Origin: Eledone cirrhosa
Taxonomy: Eukaryota
NCBI GenBank assembly: GCA_964016885.1
Contig: OZ024740.1
Location: 215,574,001 to 215,638,000, forward strand
Reading direction: 5' to 3'
DNA length: 64,000 nucleotides
Shown: positions 56,401-64,000 of the stretch, piece by piece
Layout: the number at the start of each line of letters is the position of its first letter
Numbering within the stretch: the first letter of the stretch is position 1
Program-made: the position numbers and the translations under genes
Notes under the pieces: model-generated
The model's database searches: none
The model's input: only the letters and a program-made list of their open reading frames with translations
Told to the model about the DNA's origin: nothing

Positions 56401-59400
56401 CACCAAGACTAACATCATCATCATCAACACCACCAAGACTAACACCATCATCATCATCAACACCACCAAGACTAACATCATCATCATCAACACCACCAAG
56501 ACTAACACCATCATCATCATCAACACCACCAAGACTAACATCATCATCATCAACACCACCAAGACTAACATCATCATCATCAACACCACCAAGACTAACA
56601 TCATCATCATCAACACCACCAAGACTAACACCATCATCATCAACACCACCAAGACTAACACCATCATCATCAACACCACCAAGACTAACACCATCATCAT
56701 CATCAACACCACCAAGACTAACATCATCATCATCAACACCACCAAGACTAACATCATCATCATCATCAACACCACCGAGACTAACACCACCATCATCAAC
56801 ACCACCAAGACTAACATCATCATCATCAACACCACCAAGACTAACATCATCATCATCAACACCACCAAGACTAACACCACCATCATCAACACCACCAAGA
56901 CTAACATCATCATCATCAACACCACCAAGACTAACACCATCATCATCAACACCACCAAGACTAACACCATCATCATCATCAACACCACCAAGACTAACAT
57001 CATCATCATCAACACCACCAAGACTAACACCACCATCATCAACACCACCAAGACTAACATCATCATCATCAACACCACCAAGACTAACACCATCATCATC
57101 AACACCACCAAGCTAACACCATCATCATCATCAACACCACCAAGACTAACATCATCATCATCAACACCACCAAGACTAACATCATCATCATCAACACCAC
57201 CAAGACTAACACCATCATCATCAACACCACCAAGACTAACACCATCATCATCATCAACACCACCAAGACTAACACCACCATCATCAACACCACCAAGACT
57301 AACATCATCATCATCAACACCACCAAGACTAACACCACCATCATCAACACCACCAAGACTAACATCATCATCATCAACACCACCAAGACTAACACCATCA
57401 TCATCAACACCACCAAGACTAACACCATCATCATCAACACCACCAAGACTAACATCATCATCATCAACACCACCAAGACTAACATCATCATCATCATCAA
57501 CACCACCAAGACTAACACCGCCATCATCAACACCACCAAGACTAACATCATCATCATCAACACCACCAAGACTAACATCACCATCATCAACACCACCAAG
57601 ACTAACATCATCATCATCAACACCACCAAGACTAACACCACCATCATCAACACCACCAAGACTAACACCATCATCATCAACACCACCAAGACTAACACCA
57701 TCATCATCAACACCACCAAGACTAACACCATCATCATCAACACCACCAAGACTAACATCATCATCATCATCAACACCACCAAGACTAACATCATCATCAT
57801 CAACACCACCAAGACTAACACCATCATCATCAACACCACCAAGTCTAACACCATCATCATCAACACCACCAAGACTAACACCATCATCATCATCAACACC
57901 ACCAAGACTAACACCATCATCATCAACACCACCAAGACTAACACCATCATCATCATCAACACCACCAAGACTAACACCATCATCATCAACACCACCAAGA
58001 CTAACACCATCATCATCATCAACACCACCAAGTCTAACACCATCATCATCATCACCACCAAGACTAACATCATCATCATCATCACCACCAAGACTAACAC
58101 CATCATCATCAACACCACCAAGACTAACATCATCATCATCAACACCACCAAGACTAACACCATCATCATCATCAACACCACCAAGACTAACACCATCATC
58201 AGCAACACCACCAAGTCTAACACCATCATCATCAACACCACCAAGACTAACACCATCATCATCAACACCACCAAGACTAACATCATCATCATCAACACCA
58301 CCAAGACTAACATCATCATCATCAACACCACCAAGACTAACACCATCATCATCAACACCACCAAGACTAACACCATCATCATCATCAACACCACCAAGAC
58401 TAACACCACCATCATCAACACCACCAAGACTAACATCATCATCATCAACACCACCAAGACTAACACCATCATCATCAACACCACCAAGACTAACACCATC
58501 ATCATCATCAACACCACCAAGACTAACACCACCATCATCAACACCACCAAGACTAACATCATCATCATCAACACCACCAAGACTAACACCATCATCATCA
58601 ACACCACCAAGACTAACACCATCATCATCAACACCACCAAGACTAACATCATCATCATCAACACCACCAAGACTAACATCATCATCATCATCAACACCAC
58701 CAAGACTAACACCGCCATCATCAACACCACCAAGACTAACATCATCATCATCAACACCACCAAGACTAACATCACCATCATCAACACCACCAAGACTAAC
58801 ATCATCATCATCAACACCACCAAGACTAACACCACCATCATCAACACCACCAAGACTAACACCATCATCATCAACACCACCAAGACTAACACCATCATCA
58901 TCAACACCACCAAGACTAACACCATCATCATCAACACCACCAAGACTAACATCATCATCATCATCAACACCACCAAGACTAACATCATCATCATCAACAC
59001 CACCAAGACTAACACCATCATCATCAACACCACCAAGTCTAACACCATCATCATCAACACCACCAAGACTAACACCATCATCATCATCAACACCACCAAG
59101 ACTAACACCATCATCATCAACACCACCAAGACTAACACCATCATCATCATCAACACCACCAAGACTAACATCATCATCATCAACACCACCAAGTCTAACA
59201 CCATCATCATCAACACCACCAAGACTAACATCATCATCATCAACACCACCAAGTCTAACACCATCATCATCAACACCACCAAGACTAACACCATCATCAT
59301 CAACACCACCAAGACTAACACCATCATCATCATCAACACCACCAAGACTAACATCATCATCATCAACACCACCAAGTCTAACACCATCATCATCAACACC

Positions 59401-62400
59401 ACCAAGACTAACACCATCATCATCAACACCACCAAGACTAACACCATCATCATCATCAACACCACCAAGACTAACATCATCATCATCAACACCACCAAGT
59501 CTAACACCATCATCATCAACACCACCAAGACTAACATCATCATCATCAACACCACCAAGACTAACATCATCATCATCATCAACACCACCAAGACTAACAC
59601 CACCATCATCAACACCACCAAGACTAACATCATCATCATCAACACCACCAAGACTAACATCATCATCATCAACACCACCAAGACTAACACCACCATCATC
59701 AACACCACCAAGACTAACATCATCATCATCAACACCACCAAGACTAACACCACCATCATCAACACCACCAAGACTAACATCATCATCATCAACACCACCA
59801 AGACTAACACCATCATCATCAACACCACCAAGACTAACACCATCATCATCAACACCACCAAGACTAACATCATCATCATCAACACCACCAAGACTAACAT
59901 CATCATCATCATCAACACCACCAAGACTAACACCGCCATCATCAACACCACCAAGACTAACATCATCATCATCAACACCACCAAGACTAACATCACCATC
60001 ATCAACACCACCAAGACTAACATCATCATCATCAACACCACCAAGACTAACACCACCATCATCAACACCACCAAGACTAACACCATCATCATCAACACCA
60101 CCAAGACTAACACCATCATCATCAACACCACCAAGACTAACACCATCATCATCAACACCACCAAGACTAACATCATCATCATCATCAACACCACCAAGAC
60201 TAACATCATCATCATCAACACCACCAAGACTAACACCATCATCATCAACACCACCAAGTCTAACACCATCATCATCAACACCACCAAGACTAACACCATC
60301 ATCATCATCAACACCACCAAGACTAACACCATCATCATCAACACCACCAAGACTAACACCATCATCATCAACACCACCAAGTCTAACACCATCATCATCA
60401 TCAACACCACCAAGACTAACATCATCATCATCAACACCACCAAGTCTAACACCATCATCATCAACACCACCAAGACTAACATCATCATCATCAACACCAC
60501 CAAGTCTAACACCATCATCATCAACACCACCAAGACTAACACCATCATCATCAACACCACCAAGACTAACACCATCATCATCATCAACACCACCAAGACT
60601 AACATCATCATCATCAACACCACCAAGTCTAACACCATCATCATCAACACCACCAAGACTAACACCATCATCATCAACACCACCAAGACTAACACCATCA
60701 TCATCATCAACACCACCAAGACTAACATCATCACCATCAACACCACCAAGTCTAACACCATCATCATCAACACCACCAAGACTAACACCATCATCATCAA
60801 CACCACCAAGACTAACATCATCATCATCAACACCACCAAGACTAACATCATCATCATCAACACCACCAAGTCTAACACCATCATCATCAACACCACCAAG
60901 ACTTACACCATCATCATCAACACCACCAAGACTAACATCATCATCATCAACACCACCAAGACTAACACCATCATCATCATCAACACCACCAAGACTAACA
61001 TCATCATCATCAACACCACCAAGACTAACACCATCATCATCATCAACACCACCAAGACTAACATCATCATCATCAACACCACCAAGACTAACACCATCAT
61101 CATCATCAACACCACCAAGACTAACATCATCATCATCAACACCACCAAGACTAACATCATCATCATCAACACCACCAAGACTAACATCATCATCATCAAC
61201 ACCACCAAGACTAACACCATCATCATCAACACCACCAAGACTAACACCATCATCATCAACACCACCAAGACTAACACCATCATCATCATCAACACCACCA
61301 AGACTAACATCATCATCATCAACACCACCAAGACTAACATCATCATCATCATCAACACCACCGAGACTAACACCACCATCATCAACACCACCAAGACTAA
61401 CATCATCATCATCAACACCACCAAGACTAACATCATCATCATCAACACCACCAAGACTAACACCACCATCATCAACACCACCAAGACTAACATCATCATC
61501 ATCAACACCACCAAGACTAACACCATCATCATCAACACCACCAAGACTAACACCATCATCATCATCAACACCACCAAGACTAACATCATCATCATCAACA
61601 CCACCAAGACTAACACCACCATCATCAACACCACCAAGACTAACATCATCATCATCAACACCACCAAGACTAACACCATCATCATCAACACCACCAAGCT
61701 AACACCATCATCATCATCAACACCACCAAGACTAACATCATCATCATCAACACCACCAAGACTAACATCATCATCATCAACACCACCAAGACTAACACCA
61801 TCATCATCAACACCACCAAGACTAACACCATCATCATCATCAACACCACCAAGACTAACACCACCATCATCAACACCACCAAGACTAACATCATCATCAT
61901 CAACACCACCAAGACTAACACCACCATCATCAACACCACCAAGACTAACATCATCATCATCAACACCACCAAGACTAACACCATCATCATCAACACCACC
62001 AAGACTAACACCATCATCATCAACACCACCAAGACTAACATCATCATCATCAACACCACCAAGACTAACATCATCATCATCATCAACACCACCAAGACTA
62101 ACACCGCCATCATCAACACCACCAAGACTAACATCATCATCATCAACACCACCAAGACTAACATCACCATCATCAACACCACCAAGACTAACATCATCAT
62201 CATCAACACCACCAAGACTAACACCACCATCATCAACACCACCAAGACTAACACCATCATCATCAACACCACCAAGACTAACACCATCATCATCAACACC
62301 ACCAAGACTAACACCATCATCATCAACACCACCAAGACTAACATCATCATCATCATCAACACCACCAAGACTAACATCATCATCATCAACACCACCAAGA

Positions 62401-64000
62401 CTAACACCATCATCATCAACACCACCAAGTCTAACACCATCATCATCAACACCACCAAGACTAACACCATCATCATCATCAACACCACCAAGACTAACAC
62501 CATCATCATCAACACCACCAAGACTAACACCATCATCATCATCAACACCACCAAGACTAACACCATCATCATCAACACCACCAAGACTAACACCATCATC
62601 ATCATCAACACCACCAAGTCTAACACCATCATCATCATCACCACCAAGACTAACATCATCATCATCATCACCACCAAGACTAACACCATCATCATCAACA
62701 CCACCAAGACTAACATCATCATCATCAACACCACCAAGACTAACACCATCATCATCATCAACACCACCAAGACTAACACCATCATCAGCAACACCACCAA
62801 GTCTAACACCATCATCATCAACACCACCAAGACTAACACCATCATCATCAACACCACCAAGACTAACATCATCATCATCAACACCACCAAGACTAACATC
62901 ATCATCATCAACACCACCAAGACTAACACCATCATCATCAACACCACCAAGACTAACACCATCATCATCATCAACACCACCAAGACTAACACCACCATCA
63001 TCAACACCACCAAGACTAACATCATCATCATCAACACCACCAAGACTAACACCATCATCATCAACACCACCAAGACTAACACCATCATCATCATCAACAC
63101 CACCAAGACTAACACCACCATCATCAACACCACCAAGACTAACATCATCATCATCAACACCACCAAGACTAACACCATCATCATCAACACCACCAAGACT
63201 AACACCATCATCATCAACACCACCAAGACTAACATCATCATCATCAACACCACCAAGACTAACATCATCATCATCATCAACACCACCAAGACTAACACCG
63301 CCATCATCAACACCACCAAGACTAACATCATCATCATCAACACCACCAAGACTAACATCACCATCATCAACACCACCAAGACTAACATCATCATCATCAA
63401 CACCACCAAGACTAACACCACCATCATCAACACCACCAAGACTAACACCATCATCATCAACACCACCAAGACTAACACCATCATCATCAACACCACCAAG
63501 ACTAACACCATCATCATCAACACCACCAAGACTAACATCATCATCATCATCAACACCACCAAGACTAACATCATCATCATCAACACCACCAAGACTAACA
63601 CCATCATCATCAACACCACCAAGTCTAACACCATCATCATCAACACCACCAAGACTAACACCATCATCATCATCAACACCACCAAGACTAACACCATCAT
63701 CATCAACACCACCAAGACTAACACCATCATCATCATCAACACCACCAAGACTAACATCATCATCATCAACACCACCAAGTCTAACACCATCATCATCAAC
63801 ACCACCAAGACTAACATCATCATCATCAACACCACCAAGTCTAACACCATCATCATCAACACCACCAAGACTAACACCATCATCATCAACACCACCAAGA
63901 CTAACACCATCATCATCATCAACACCACCAAGACTAACATCATCATCATCAACACCACCAAGTCTAACACCATCATCATCAACACCACCAAGACTAACAC
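53485..64000. repeat. 30/33-bp satellite (CACCACCAAGACTAACAYCATCATCATCAA) with 4,586-bp higher-order repeat, running off the window
   Basis: Rare variants recur 4,586 bp apart (ORF breaks at 56317/60903 and 57099/61685). Confidence 0.96.

Noticed and set aside
53407-64000. Very long M/V/L ORFs (968, 1266 and 771 aa)
   Set aside because: Translations of a satellite whose unit length is a multiple of 3 and lacks stops in that frame; no coding evidence.

Overview
Eukaryotic, gene-poor, microsatellite-saturated genomic DNA; the SINE and repeat landscape suggest an octopod cephalopod (inference). No host protein-coding exon is supportable, and nearly all listed ORFs are simple-repeat artefacts. 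Real coding remnants are all retroelements: a frameshifted near-full-length L1/Tx1 LINE in (TATC)n, two R4/Dong-type RLE retrotransposons in (CATA)n and (TAA)n, a 5'-truncated Penelope-like element (RT + GIY-YIG) and an RTE 3' end. SINEs, MITEs, minisatellites and a >10 kb 30/33-bp satellite with a 4,586-bp higher-order period are also present. The main hidden signal is non-coding: more than a dozen type I hammerhead ribozyme motifs (intact to degenerate) read by eye, mostly in short divergent inverted repeats ending in (TA)n. The best case is a 469-bp tandem-plus-inverted array (35179-37214) with one perfect minimal hammerhead per unit, which looks like a non-LTR retrozyme. A diverged 425-bp relative lies at 26838-27419. 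All folding and alignments were done by eye; coordinates of degenerate elements are approximate.
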